A stretch of 64,000 nucleotides of DNA from a virus. The stretch spans positions 64,001-128,000 of the IMG/VR virus record IMGVR_UViG_3300036985_006490. One strand, 5' to 3'. A program made the translations under genes and the position numbers. The notes below the pieces were generated by a model, which saw only the letters and a list, made by a program, of their open reading frames with translations, made no database searches and was not told the DNA's origin. Positions 37,652 through 47,923 of the stretch are shown here, piece after piece (the first letter of the stretch is position 1; the number at the start of each line of letters is the position of its first letter).

Positions 37652-40144
37652 TTATTGTGGGTTGAAGTCACAATCTACTACAAGAGTAAGACAAGTAACA
37701 TTCGATAGATTATTTGCGTCCCTTATTCCAACATACGAAGTTCCACTAGGTACGTAAAGATAATCTTTGGAAGTTCCATTTAAGAAATTGAATGTCCCAT
37801 TCAACGCATCATTACAATTTGTGTAATATGTGTCAGTGATATCATATTGTCCTGAACCACCAGCAAAATCTGCAAGTACTACCGTCGCAACTCCACCGAA
37901 TCCACAAAGTATTGTTGATGTCGCATATAAAGGTTTTGAAGGAATATTACCAGTCGAATTGAATGTGACACTGTTTGAGTTGATTGTATTAGATGTCGAA
38001 TCAGCAATTACTTGACAACATCTACATCCGTTAATACTTTGTTGAGTAAATTGTGCTGTAATTTGTTGTGTTAAGTTAGTCAAACAATTACTTTGAGCTC
38101 CTGATTGTCCTGCCGTGATTGACAACACCGATGTATTTTCAATAAATACAGGAGAGTTGTTTCCAATTTGTAATTGGTAGGTATCTGCTTCGGTAACGGC
38201 TGTGAATGTTTCAGGACTACAATTAGGTCTACTACCTGTTTGAACGATTGTCTGAGTTGTTGTTGGAGTTTTGGTGACTCCATTCTCAGTTATGGAGAAC
38301 GTGTCGGTAATTAATCCTGTTCCAGGTCCATTATAAGTTTTAATTGATGATAGTGTCAAATTGAATGGTATGGTAAGCCCTGGCGGCAATGGTGGAGTAC
38401 TCACAATCTGATAGAATGTTGTACGAGAATTATAATTACTCAAAGTAATATCTTGAGTAGCCAATGTATTAGCACTTAGGGATAACTGATAAGTAACAGG
38501 TTGTTGATTAAACCCAACTGTAGCACTTTCGATGTCGGTGTTACCTGCAGAATCTGTCACGGTTATTGTATATGTTCCGGCACATAGGTCTTCGAATATA
38601 TTAGTTGACTGATAAGTTGAACCTCCGTTAATTGAGAATAGATATGGAGGATATCCATATTGTGCGTTCACAATTATATCACCGTCACAATTTGCAACAC
38701 TATCACATGAGTTATTATTTACCGACAATGCTACTTGTACAGGTATTACAGATGGACAAACACCTTGAGTCATAGTTACACTATATGTATTAACTCCGCC
38801 AGCAATAACCCATCCTGATAACGGAACCGAAGCAGTTGACGTACTTATGAATATACCACCTCCGACTGGATTGAATGGTATTGTCGGATTCGATCCAGTG
38901 ACTTCCCATCTAACAACTGTAGAGTTCCAAACAATATTATATTGTCCGTCTGAAGTTGACCATGTTGTTCTTCCATTTCTCAATCCATTACAGTTAAATT
39001 GTAGTGGGCCATAAGCGGTTGATGTACTTAAAGCAATTAAACACAATTGAGGACAAACTCCTGATGGAGTAACCGTTGGAGTTAATGTTGGGCTCGGAGT
39101 GATAGTCTGTGTTGGAGGAAATAAACTACAAATAGTTGAAGCAGTATAATCTCCATAATAATCCACAACTGTTACTTGGTAGGAACCCTGAGGAATTCCA
39201 ATCAAAGTTTGAGTTCTTTGCCCTCCTTCCCAATAAATAGAATAAGGACTTGTACCACCAGTAATTCTTAAAGACAAGATACCATCCAATGAACTTGATG
39301 AACTCGGCATTGATATTGGAAAACAAGTTACACCCATATCAAAAAGGGTGAATACATCACAATTGTTTCTTAATGAAAGTACTTGACTATTTGTTGGTGT
39401 CTGTGTAGGTGTTTTAGTTACCGATGGAGTTAAAGAACTTGTCGGAGTAATAGTTGGAGTTGTTGTATTAGTTGGTGTTGTAGTCGGAGTTTTAGTCGGT
39501 GTTGGAGTAGGACAACTCACTGATGCAGTTACATTCAACTTAACCACACCATTAGATGGCTTGGTATAATCCATAGTTATGGATATACCACTCTCAGTTC
39601 CTTGTTGGAAATTACCACAACAATCGGTATAAAAATAACTTGAATTTGGATTAACTAAGGTATATGCTTGCCCACATAAAATTGGTGTGGTTGATGGCGT
39701 AACATTCGGAGTTCTTGTTTGAGTTGGTGTATTAGTTGGCGAAGATGTAATCGCTGGAGTTGGTTTTGGTGTTCGGGTTGGCGTTGGTGTTGCAGTTTGA
39801 GTCTGTGTATTACTTGGAGTGTTTGTAGGTGTTGTGGTTGGTTCAGGTGTAACTGCGGGATAACAACTATTGTTGTCTGTACATATATTCTCAGTATCAG
39901 TTACGGTAATTCCCTCAATTAATAGCGTATCACCGAAGAAACCATATTTAAAAGTTGGTGAACCTAAAATAGATGAACAAATATAAAAAGCAAACGAACT
40001 TCCAAGATTGGTATTTGGTAAGTTTAAGGCAATTGCACTATCTGCTTGACCATCACAATCGGTATATACGACATATAAATCTTGGCCTCCACTGGTGGCT
40101 AAATCGTAAGGGACTTCAATGTAATAACAAGTACAGGTCGACAT
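37652..40144 (-). CDS. Cys-rich, Thr/Pro-repeat virion surface protein with SprB-like repeats
   Basis: TPTPT tracts; DG-x-L-x-L-x-ITGGTSPYS-x-x-W and GYPPY-x-FSINGG...F-x-DLCAGTY-x-I-x-V-x-D repeats. Confidence 0.7.
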   Translation of the reverse strand: MSTCTCYYIEVPYDLATSGGQDLYVVYTDCDGQADSAIALNLPNTNLGSSFAFYICSSILGSPTFKYGFFGDTLLIEGITVTDTENICTDNNSCYPAVTPEPTTTPTNTPSNTQTQTATPTPTRTPKPTPAITSSPTNTPTQTRTPNVTPSTTPILCGQAYTLVNPNSSYFYTDCCGNFQQGTESGISITMDYTKPSNGVVKLNVTASVSCPTPTPTKTPTTTPTNTTTPTITPTSSLTPSVTKTPTQTPTNSQVLSLRNNCDVFTLFDMGVTCFPISMPSSSSSLDGILSLRITGGTSPYSIYWEGGQRTQTLIGIPQGSYQVTVVDYYGDYTASTICSLFPPTQTITPSPTLTPTVTPSGVCPQLCLIALSTSTAYGPLQFNCNGLRNGRTTWSTSDGQYNIVWNSTVVRWEVTGSNPTIPFNPVGGGIFISTSTASVPLSGWVIAGGVNTYSVTMTQGVCPSVIPVQVALSVNNNSCDSVANCDGDIIVNAQYGYPPYLFSINGGSTYQSTNIFEDLCAGTYTITVTDSAGNTDIESATVGFNQQPVTYQLSLSANTLATQDITLSNYNSRTTFYQIVSTPPLPPGLTIPFNLTLSSIKTYNGPGTGLITDTFSITENGVTKTPTTTQTIVQTGSRPNCSPETFTAVTEADTYQLQIGNNSPVFIENTSVLSITAGQSGAQSNCLTNLTQQITAQFTQQSINGCRCCQVIADSTSNTINSNSVTFNSTGNIPSKPLYATSTILCGFGGVATVVLADFAGGSGQYDITDTYYTNCNDALNGTFNFLNGTSKDYLYVPSGTSYVGIRDANNLSNVTCLTLVVDCDFNPQ

Positions 40145-40207
40145 CTATTAATTTATTATATCCTATAATTATAAGAACTCACAATATTTTGTATATATTT
40201 GTGAAGT

Positions 40208-40855
40208 TTATGGACATGCAACAAAACTGGTTATTGTTCCATCTCCATCTACCTGAACAGCATAATTGTTTCCTCCAAAGGTAAATTTAGTAAATCGATT
40301 ATTTCCGTTGTATGGGTTGAATAATGTTACACCAAAAGCGGTTTGATATATCTTTACTCCAACTACAGGGATAGTATTCGCTTGGTTAATATATGTGTAA
40401 TAATTTGCAAGTGTAAGTGTATCACTACAGGTATTAGCTGAAGTCGAAAATGTATTTTGTCCAATTAAATGAAGGGAGAACGCAGGTGTCACAGATGGAG
40501 TTGGTGTGAATGTTGGAGTTGTTGTTGGAGTACTTGCTTGTGTAGAACTTACTGTCGGAGTATTTGTTTGAGTCTGAGTCGGAGTCGAAGTGTTTGTTGG
40601 AGTTTGAGTTGTCGAAGGGGTTATACTTGGTGTTGGAGTTGGTGTAATAGGTATTATTTCACCATCAATACAACCATTAACATCTTCAATTTTAATTACA
40701 ATATTACTATCATCATAGGGAGGAGGAACTGAAAATGTATATGGAAAAACTGAAACGGTTGAAACGTATACACAGTTCGCGCTAAATGAATCACAGTAGA
40801 ATATTTCAACTGGAGTATTTGCGGTTACCGATGTAATTGTTACTTGTTGACTCAT
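40208..40855 (-). CDS. Thr/Pro-linker virion protein
   Basis: N-terminal domain paralogous to 40852..41076, TP linker, C-terminal beta domain. Confidence 0.7.
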   Translation of the reverse strand: MSQQVTITSVTANTPVEIFYCDSFSANCVYVSTVSVFPYTFSVPPPYDDSNIVIKIEDVNGCIDGEIIPITPTPTPSITPSTTQTPTNTSTPTQTQTNTPTVSSTQASTPTTTPTFTPTPSVTPAFSLHLIGQNTFSTSANTCSDTLTLANYYTYINQANTIPVVGVKIYQTAFGVTLFNPYNGNNRFTKFTFGGNNYAVQVDGDGTITSFVACP

Positions 40856-41076
40856 GATACTACAGCGCTAGTTCCTGAAATTATGCAATTGTTTGCATCA
40901 ATCGCCTTCACCATATAGTTTGGAGATACATCATATGGTGAAGGGATATCAAATATATATGGAAATGTTGAACCTATCGTTGATATATAAAAGCAACCTG
41001 ACCCATCAACTTGACAGACATAAATATCATAAGGTGTTACTCCTGAAATATTATTTATTGTAACTTGTACTCCCAT
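40852..41076 (-). CDS. small Cys-containing beta-domain virion protein
   Basis: VTI...TPYDIYVC...C-x-Y-x-ST...FPY-x-F-x-IP-x-PYD...D-x-N-x-C. Confidence 0.7.
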   Translation of the reverse strand: MGVQVTINNISGVTPYDIYVCQVDGSGCFYISTIGSTFPYIFDIPSPYDVSPNYMVKAIDANNCIISGTSAVVS

Positions 41077-41088
41077 TTCTTTATTTAT

Positions 41089-44010
41089 TTAACATTGTGT
41101 TGATGATAATCCGATTACTCCACCCGATCCATTAAGGTCCCAATTGGCTCCTTGATGGTATACATATATCTCGCTAACCACATTCTGTAATGTAGAATCT
41201 GTGTATAATACACATCCAACATTAATCGTCTCACAATTTGAATATAATGTTTTCGGATTGATAATAGCGTCGGAACAAGCGTCAAAAATACTTATATCAC
41301 TCACACCACTATCTCCGAAAGCACCGATGTTTCCAGTTGCACAGGTCTCACAATTAGAATAAGTTTGAGTTGAAACACCTATAAAATAATTACCTCCAAA
41401 GTTTATTGGTGTAACTTTTGGTGGAGCAATATAAGATGTATTAAATCGACCGACATAATACCAACAATTTCCATCGTTATCTTTGAATGTTTCATTTACC
41501 GCAATTGTAAACGACACTGGTTGAGTTTGAATAACTTGAGTTATCGTTCCTCTTCCTCCACCGATACGGTTACAAGACTCATATACATATAGGAAATTAG
41601 GAGTTGCCGATGGCGACGCGGTTATTGATGGTGTTGGCGTGTTTGTAGCGGTTGGAGTTCTAGTTTGAGTCGGTGTTGGTGGAGGTGTAGTACCTACCGC
41701 AGAGGTTATAGATGGTGTTGGAGTTTGTGTTCTAGTAACACTTGGTGTAATTCCTGCAGTTGATGTAGGAGTGTTTGTCGGTGTTGATGTCGTAGTTGGT
41801 GTTGGAGTCGGTATTGTACTACAGTATTCACAAGAAGAATAGATTTGTACAATAGATCCAAGTGTGCTATTTGACGACAAATTATTATCATCTCTAGAAT
41901 AAATCACACAACGATTCACCCCGTTAACTTGAACAAACATTGTCATACCAATCACCACAGGTGTTCCCAAGAAAGACAAGGAATCGGTGGTATAGAATTC
42001 TTCACCACTACCACAATCGGTCAATACCTTAGCAGATACACAACTAAATGTCTCATCCAACATTTCAAAAGTAACACTACCTTCAATGGACACGGTTCTT
42101 GTAAGTGTAACTGAAGGTGTCAATGTCACAGTTGGAGTTGTTGAAGTGAATCCACTTAAACTAAAATTAATACCCACACCAGAACAGAAGTTACCCGAAG
42201 GAGTTGGTGTAGGAGTTACTCCTATTGAATCTATGATGAAATTAACATCATCACAAGCAATACTCGGAGTTGGCGTTGGTAATGGTTCCCAATCACAATC
42301 GAAATACGCATTGAAATTAAATATTGAACAGTCAACACCAGTTGGCGTTGGAGTTGGGCAAATTCCGCCTTCAAAATCATTTGCCGAAATATCAGGACAC
42401 TGTGAATTACAAGGATTGGAACCTCTTAATAAACAAGTTCCTCCCAATGTATCACTCAAACACCAAAAACTTCCAGTATGATAAATGACCGCAGAAGTTA
42501 TTCCATCTCCCGAATAATAAATTCTTGAGTTGTAAGTTCCAGCCGATTCATAGTTTCCATTGTACCCTGAGAAAGATGGTAATGTGGTATAGAAACAGAA
42601 GTCAGTAAATGCACATGCCGATGGTGACGGTGATACTGTCGGAGTATTCGTCGGTGTAGATTGTGGTGTATTGGTCGGAGTTGACGTAGGTACACAAAAA
42701 GAACAATCATCAAAATCAGGATCACCAAAATCAGGTCCACCTGGCCCTGAGAATTCAACGAAACTATAACACTCCCCATTATAAAGATAAGCCGCTCCAA
42801 CAAATGCAGTATCTTCATTTACATTGGCATATAATACACTTCCGTCGGAACACTTATAAAGTAATGCTGCTGTTAGAGCAGTTCTTGGACACGAAGAATC
42901 CGCACATGTTGGAACCTGTGTGAATGTAACTCCAACAGAATTGTATAAAGTCCCACTAGTAAACCCACTTACAATTGTTGCACATCCTTCGAATTCAATA
43001 CTATTAGTAATACAATATACATCACCAATTACAGTAGGAATACTTGGTCCTCCAAATCTGAATATGTTTGAACCATTTGTACAATCTTGAAATTGTATAA
43101 CAATACTATTTGTTGGTGACGGTGTTTGTGTCGTTGTTGGAGTTTGTGTTGCGGTATTAGTTGGAGTTTGAGTCTGTGTTGCAGTATTTGTAGGAGTTTG
43201 AGTCTGTGTTGCAGTGTTAGTAGGAGTTTGAGTCTGTGTTGCAGTGTTAGTAGGAGTTTGAGTCTGTGTTGCAGTGTTAGTAGGAGTTTGAGTCGTAGTA
43301 TTCGTTGGCGTGGCAGTATTCGTTGCCGTTTGTGTTGGAGTTTCAGTAGGAGTTTGAGTCGTAGTATTTGTTGGCGTGGCAGTATTCGTTGCCGTTTGTG
43401 TAGGAGTCTGAGTTGAGGTTTCTGTAGGAGTCTGAGTTTGTGTAGGAGTTGTGGTTGGAGTAGGCGTTGCAGTATTCGTTGCCGTTGTCGTAGGAGTTTG
43501 TGTTGGAGTCTCAGTAGGCGTTTCTGTAGGAGTAGGTGTTTGTGTTTCAGTAGCAGTTGGAGTCAATCCTGGAGGTGCCGTTATACTTGGTGTCGGAGTT
43601 TGGGTTGGAGTTTCTGTTGGAGTCTGTGTTGGTGTTGAAGTATTTGTTGGTGTTGGAGTGGGAGTTATCACCGTACAACATTCACTAATACTTCCCGTTA
43701 CAGGTACTACATCAGCATAGTCAAATGTTGGACTTGATATTTCGCCACAAGTAGGTGGTGCGACACACTGGATATCACTTGTAGCAATCAATACACTACC
43801 AATCTGTCCTGAAGATATAAATGTATTTCCTGTTGAACTATCACTATAATGTGCAATTACATTTATATCAAATGGAGCAGCTATTTGAGTTCCTCCACAA
43901 CCATCAAAGAATTGGATATTCCAATCTGTTGTACTTGCGAAATAACCAGGACAATCAAAACATTCATTAGGAATACTTGTCGTACCTGTTATTGTATAAC
44001 AATTAGCCAT
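41089..44010 (-). CDS. mucin-like Thr/Pro-rich, Cys-rich virion fibre/decoration protein
   Basis: About 190-aa T/P/Q tract plus several shorter ones between Cys-rich modules; TATTTAT at 44068-44074. Confidence 0.75.
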   Translation of the reverse strand: MANCYTITGTTSIPNECFDCPGYFASTTDWNIQFFDGCGGTQIAAPFDINVIAHYSDSSTGNTFISSGQIGSVLIATSDIQCVAPPTCGEISSPTFDYADVVPVTGSISECCTVITPTPTPTNTSTPTQTPTETPTQTPTPSITAPPGLTPTATETQTPTPTETPTETPTQTPTTTATNTATPTPTTTPTQTQTPTETSTQTPTQTATNTATPTNTTTQTPTETPTQTATNTATPTNTTTQTPTNTATQTQTPTNTATQTQTPTNTATQTQTPTNTATQTQTPTNTATQTPTTTQTPSPTNSIVIQFQDCTNGSNIFRFGGPSIPTVIGDVYCITNSIEFEGCATIVSGFTSGTLYNSVGVTFTQVPTCADSSCPRTALTAALLYKCSDGSVLYANVNEDTAFVGAAYLYNGECYSFVEFSGPGGPDFGDPDFDDCSFCVPTSTPTNTPQSTPTNTPTVSPSPSACAFTDFCFYTTLPSFSGYNGNYESAGTYNSRIYYSGDGITSAVIYHTGSFWCLSDTLGGTCLLRGSNPCNSQCPDISANDFEGGICPTPTPTGVDCSIFNFNAYFDCDWEPLPTPTPSIACDDVNFIIDSIGVTPTPTPSGNFCSGVGINFSLSGFTSTTPTVTLTPSVTLTRTVSIEGSVTFEMLDETFSCVSAKVLTDCGSGEEFYTTDSLSFLGTPVVIGMTMFVQVNGVNRCVIYSRDDNNLSSNSTLGSIVQIYSSCEYCSTIPTPTPTTTSTPTNTPTSTAGITPSVTRTQTPTPSITSAVGTTPPPTPTQTRTPTATNTPTPSITASPSATPNFLYVYESCNRIGGGRGTITQVIQTQPVSFTIAVNETFKDNDGNCWYYVGRFNTSYIAPPKVTPINFGGNYFIGVSTQTYSNCETCATGNIGAFGDSGVSDISIFDACSDAIINPKTLYSNCETINVGCVLYTDSTLQNVVSEIYVYHQGANWDLNGSGGVIGLSSTQC
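43141..43406. repeat. coding tandem repeats (5 x 30 bp; about 2 x 66 bp)
   Basis: AGTCTGTGTTGCAGTGTTAGTAGGAGTTTG identical three times at 43201-43290 plus two variants from 43141; 66-bp unit duplicated at about 43281-43406. Confidence 0.9.
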
Positions 44011-44158
44011 CTGTTTCCCCTCTATAAAAATTTATTGATATTATATCCATGTAATTATTGTTCCTATATAAATAACCAGATATTAGGTTTTATACATCCA
44101 ATAATATAGTTTTGTTGAAAACTAAATAAAGTAGTACCTCGATAATATTTATATGTGT

Positions 44159-44329
44159 ATGAAACTTCTAAACACAATTCAAAATATTATCAAAGAGGCT
44201 GAAGAACAATATAACAATGCTTGTGATTCATGTGTCCCTGTTGAAGAATTGGACAGGCTTGAAAAACATTACAAAGATTCCCTCAAACTACTGAAGTTAT
44301 ATCAGTCTGAAGAAAAAAAGAAACGTTAA
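44159..44329 (+). CDS. small protein MKLLNTIQNIIKEAEE...CDSC (56 aa), absent from the ORF track
   Basis: ATG 44159 to TAA 44329, TATTTAT at 44146-44152. Confidence 0.65.
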   Translation: MKLLNTIQNIIKEAEEQYNNACDSCVPVEELDRLEKHYKDSLKLLKLYQSEEKKKR

Positions 44330-44369
44330 TAATAGATTTTTTATATCATCTTTCATATATTTCTCCAAT

Positions 44370-45308
44370 ATGAAAGAGCCATTGTTGGATTTACATTTAT
44401 CTAAAGGACTTGGAGACACTATTTGTTCAACCCCATCACTTCGTAAATTATTTTTTGCCTACGGAAAAAAAATATCAGTTCTAACAGACCATCCATACAT
44501 TTTCAAAAACAATAAGTATGTGGACAAAATTTTTAATACCACAGAAACTTCAAGAGAAAGTTTGGCAGAACAATATGAATTGTTAGTGAGTTTTGCTCCA
44601 AATTTGGAAAACAAATACAATTTAGGGTTACGCCATAATACAATGGACATCCGACAATTCCACTCATCAGGTTTGGGGTTCACTCTATTACCTGATGAAT
44701 GTCATACAGAATTTGTACCTGATGAATGGGATTCAATCGAAAATTTACCTGACAAATTTATTTTAATTCATCCCGTACAAAGTTGGGCAGCAAGAACTTG
44801 GGATAAAGACAAATGGAAATTACTAACCAACATGTTGAATGATAATGGTATTGCGGTCATTTCAGTTGGAAAATCTTCAAGTGAGATAGGGTTTCATATG
44901 GTACAAAAACCAGTCTTTGATTTCCCCATTAAATTAGGTTTGAACTTAATGAATCAAACGACCATATCACAAACTTGGTGGTTAATACAAAAAAGTTTGG
45001 CATTTGTAACCATGGATTCTGGGCTGTTACATTTAGCGGGTACGACAGATGCACAAATCATTCAACTTGGTAGTTCGATAAATTGGAGATTGAGGGCTCC
45101 GTACAGAAACGGTCGACAAGATTACAAGTATCACTACGTTGATGGTGAATGTAAAATTGCTTGCGCTTCCGACATGAGATATGGAGTTAGAGAGTGGAAT
45201 TCAATCAGAGGTATTCCTCCTTTGGTAGGTTGTTTAGAGGGGAAATCAGAATTTGTTTGTCACCCAAACGTAAATCAAATTTTTAATAAAATAATTGAAA
45301 TAATATAA
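44370..45308 (+). CDS. GT9 / heptosyltransferase-like glycosyltransferase
   Basis: GLGDTIC-x-TP-x-LR, F-x-NN-x-YVD, ILIHP...R-x-W...W, VTMDSGLLHLAG, C-terminal Cys cluster. Confidence 0.8.
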   Translation: MKEPLLDLHLSKGLGDTICSTPSLRKLFFAYGKKISVLTDHPYIFKNNKYVDKIFNTTETSRESLAEQYELLVSFAPNLENKYNLGLRHNTMDIRQFHSSGLGFTLLPDECHTEFVPDEWDSIENLPDKFILIHPVQSWAARTWDKDKWKLLTNMLNDNGIAVISVGKSSSEIGFHMVQKPVFDFPIKLGLNLMNQTTISQTWWLIQKSLAFVTMDSGLLHLAGTTDAQIIQLGSSINWRLRAPYRNGRQDYKYHYVDGECKIACASDMRYGVREWNSIRGIPPLVGCLEGKSEFVCHPNVNQIFNKIIEII

Positions 45309-45311
45309 ATA

Positions 45312-45929
45312 ATGAAAAATAAAGACAAATCAAGAATCGATTTAATAGTTGAGATTGGGAAAGAATTCCCTAACGGAAGAGGTGTTGAAGTCGGAACATT
45401 TAAAGGTGAATTTTCTAAAAAGATTATGGAAAATTGGGACGGAACATTATATATGGTTGATGTTTGGAGACCACTATCAAATGAAGAATACTTAGATTCA
45501 AGTAATCATGGTAATCATGAAAATAATATTTATGCCGAGGCAATGAATAGCATCAAAGGATTCGAAGATAGAGCGGTTATGGTTAGGGCTTCATCTGAAA
45601 TTGCGTCCAGTATTTTTGAGGATAATTCATTGGATTTTGTGTACATAGACGCGAATCATGCATATGACTATGTGGTTCAAGACATAGATTTGTGGTATCC
45701 GAAAGTTAAAAACGGTGGTTACTTGTGTGGACACGATTATATTAATTTAAATTGGTATAATGACCCTAATTTTTGTAAAAATGGAAAAGACAAACACATT
45801 TATTCTAACTCTAATTTTTACCACGGAGTATTTGGAGTTAATCCTGCCGTCGATGAATTTTGTGAAAAAAACGGATATAATCCTCAAATCACAAATGAGT
45901 GGTTTGGAACATGGTGGTTAAAAAAATGA
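45312..45929 (+). CDS. class I SAM methyltransferase (Methyltransf_24)
   Basis: GVEVGTFKG, VDVW, DFVYIDANH-x-Y, GG-x-L-x-GHDY. Confidence 0.85.
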   Translation: MKNKDKSRIDLIVEIGKEFPNGRGVEVGTFKGEFSKKIMENWDGTLYMVDVWRPLSNEEYLDSSNHGNHENNIYAEAMNSIKGFEDRAVMVRASSEIASSIFEDNSLDFVYIDANHAYDYVVQDIDLWYPKVKNGGYLCGHDYINLNWYNDPNFCKNGKDKHIYSNSNFYHGVFGVNPAVDEFCEKNGYNPQITNEWFGTWWLKK

Positions 45930-46702
45930 AAAGTAAAAATATTATAGTAGTACAAAACGTATTTGATGACTTATCTAAAACATCACAAAGTATTGAATCG
46001 ATAAGATTTGCTGCTCACAGATGGGAATGTGATTTTTATGAAATGTCATATTTCAAAAATCCTGATTCTCCTTGTATTTTATTATGGGATAGGATTTGGG
46101 CTATGGAAAATTTTAAAAATTTTGATAAAGTTTTAATTGTTGATCCAGATGTTATAATTAATGAAGAGGCTCCGAATATTTTCGATATGATGGAACCAAC
46201 AACTGATTTATGTGTTGTCCATAATATAAATAGAGACAGAGTAAGTACTCCATATCTTGAAGATATATCAGTTAAGATATCAAAATTACACAACTCAATC
46301 GATATATTTCAAAGAAAAATAAATAGTTTCTCAGAAAATACTTATCTTGAAAATTATTTTAATATGGGTGTTTTTCTTTATAGGCCCAAATCACTTTTCC
46401 CTATAATACAGGAAATGAAAGAATTGATGTTTAACGATGAAGAACTAATGAAGTATCTTAGTTACAAAGAATGTGGAGATTGGTTTCCTTCTCAAAATTT
46501 TACAAGTGCATATTTAACACACTCTAATCTTAATATAAAATTTCTATCAAAAGAATGGAATTGGTTGGCTCCTGATATACACACAGAGTGTAATGAAGAA
46601 TATTTTTGGGGTAAAATGAAACCAAATATATATCATTTTACTGGAACAGATCTATCAAAAGAAAGACTAAAAACTTATACAAATTGGAAAAAAAATGGCT
46701 AA
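45926..46702 (+). CDS. GT-A glycosyltransferase (GT8/GT34-like)
   Basis: VDPDVII...APNIF, YFNMGVFL, L-x-x-EWN, IYHFTG. Confidence 0.7.
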   Translation: MKSKNIIVVQNVFDDLSKTSQSIESIRFAAHRWECDFYEMSYFKNPDSPCILLWDRIWAMENFKNFDKVLIVDPDVIINEEAPNIFDMMEPTTDLCVVHNINRDRVSTPYLEDISVKISKLHNSIDIFQRKINSFSENTYLENYFNMGVFLYRPKSLFPIIQEMKELMFNDEELMKYLSYKECGDWFPSQNFTSAYLTHSNLNIKFLSKEWNWLAPDIHTECNEEYFWGKMKPNIYHFTGTDLSKERLKTYTNWKKNG

Positions 46703-47336
46703 TGGAATTTACAAAATAACTGAGGATTTTGAAAAATCACTCTCGGACTACACTGGGTCTCCGTATGTTGTGACTTTAGATAATATGAGTAACGGACTAT
46801 TCCTTGCTTTATATTATGAACATAAAATTAAAGACAGAACTGAAAAGATAATTACCATTCCATCACGAACTTACCCATCAGTTCCTTGCGAAATTATTCA
46901 TACGGGATTGAAAGTTGGGTTTGAACCCGTGGAAGGTAGAACTATAAAAGGAGCATACCAACTCAAAGGTTCTAACGTTTGGGATTCTGCTCTAAGATTT
47001 ACCGCAGATATGTACATTCCAAATACTCACATGTGTATATCATTTACAGGCCCTTATAAACATTTCAAATTATCAAAAGGTGGAGCAATATTAACTGATG
47101 AATATGAGGCATACCTTTGGTTCAAAAGAGCAAGGTACAGTGGCAGAAGAGAAACTTCATACCATGATGACCATTTTGATATGCTGGGTTGGAACTTTTA
47201 TATGATGCCAGAGTTAGCGGCTAGAGGAATGCTACTAATGAACCAATTTTATAATTTGGATGGAACAAAAAAGTATAACTTAGATTTAGAATTACCATAT
47301 CCTGATTTATCAAAATACGAAATATATCAAAAATGA
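46695..47336 (+). CDS. DegT/DnrJ/EryC1/StrS sugar aminotransferase (short form)
   Basis: FEK-x-L-x-x-Y-x-G, TYPSV, WDSA, SF...K...KGGAILTD, GWNFYM-x-x-E-x-AA-x-G. Confidence 0.8.
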   Translation: MANGIYKITEDFEKSLSDYTGSPYVVTLDNMSNGLFLALYYEHKIKDRTEKIITIPSRTYPSVPCEIIHTGLKVGFEPVEGRTIKGAYQLKGSNVWDSALRFTADMYIPNTHMCISFTGPYKHFKLSKGGAILTDEYEAYLWFKRARYSGRRETSYHDDHFDMLGWNFYMMPELAARGMLLMNQFYNLDGTKKYNLDLELPYPDLSKYEIYQK

Positions 47337-47905
47337 AAAAAGCATTGATTGGATTCGGAGGTCATGCACGGGAAGTGATGGCACAGATGGGTAAAAATTT
47401 AGTTTGTTTTGTAGATGATGAATTTGTAGTAGAAGGAACAAAACCAATTTCGGAATTTAATCCCAAAAAATATAAGGTGATGATAGCAATTGCGAACCCT
47501 CAAATTAGGAAACAAATATTATCAAAATTACCAAAAAATACAAAGTTTTTCAGTTGGATTCACCCAACGTCTTTAATACTTAATAATGTTAAAATTGGAG
47601 AGGGAAGTTTCGTTGGAGCTTACTCCATAATTACTACTAATATAAAAATTGGGAATCACTGTATCCTAAACAGAATGAATCAAATTGGACATGATTGTGT
47701 AATTGGTGATTTTTTCAGTGCTATGCCAGGTTCAATTGTTTCCGGAAATGTCAATATACAAGATTCCGTATATCTCGGGAATAATTCATGTATTAAAGAA
47801 AATATTACAATACACAATGACACTACAATTGGTATGAACGCTTCGGTAGTCAAAAATATAATTGAGTCTGGAATCTATGTGGGAGTACCATCAAAAAAAA
47901 TATAA
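47333..47905 (+). CDS. sugar O/N-acetyltransferase (NeuD/PglD family)
   Basis: IGFGGHAREV, IHPTS, hexapeptide repeats, IGHDC, YVGVP. Confidence 0.88.
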   Translation: MKKALIGFGGHAREVMAQMGKNLVCFVDDEFVVEGTKPISEFNPKKYKVMIAIANPQIRKQILSKLPKNTKFFSWIHPTSLILNNVKIGEGSFVGAYSIITTNIKIGNHCILNRMNQIGHDCVIGDFFSAMPGSIVSGNVNIQDSVYLGNNSCIKENITIHNDTTIGMNASVVKNIIESGIYVGVPSKKI

Positions 47906-47923
47906 ATAACATAACGCGTATAC

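Noticed and set aside
43141-43406. 30-bp repeats as a CRISPR array
   Set aside because: Repeats are contiguous with no spacers, are multiples of 3 and lie in frame within a CDS.
39719-43720. Plus-strand Cys/Ser/Trp/Arg-rich or Val/Gly-rich ORFs (39719, 40469, 42086, 43126, 43438, 43451) as RiPP precursors
   Set aside because: They are antisense shadows of the Thr/Pro repeat codons.
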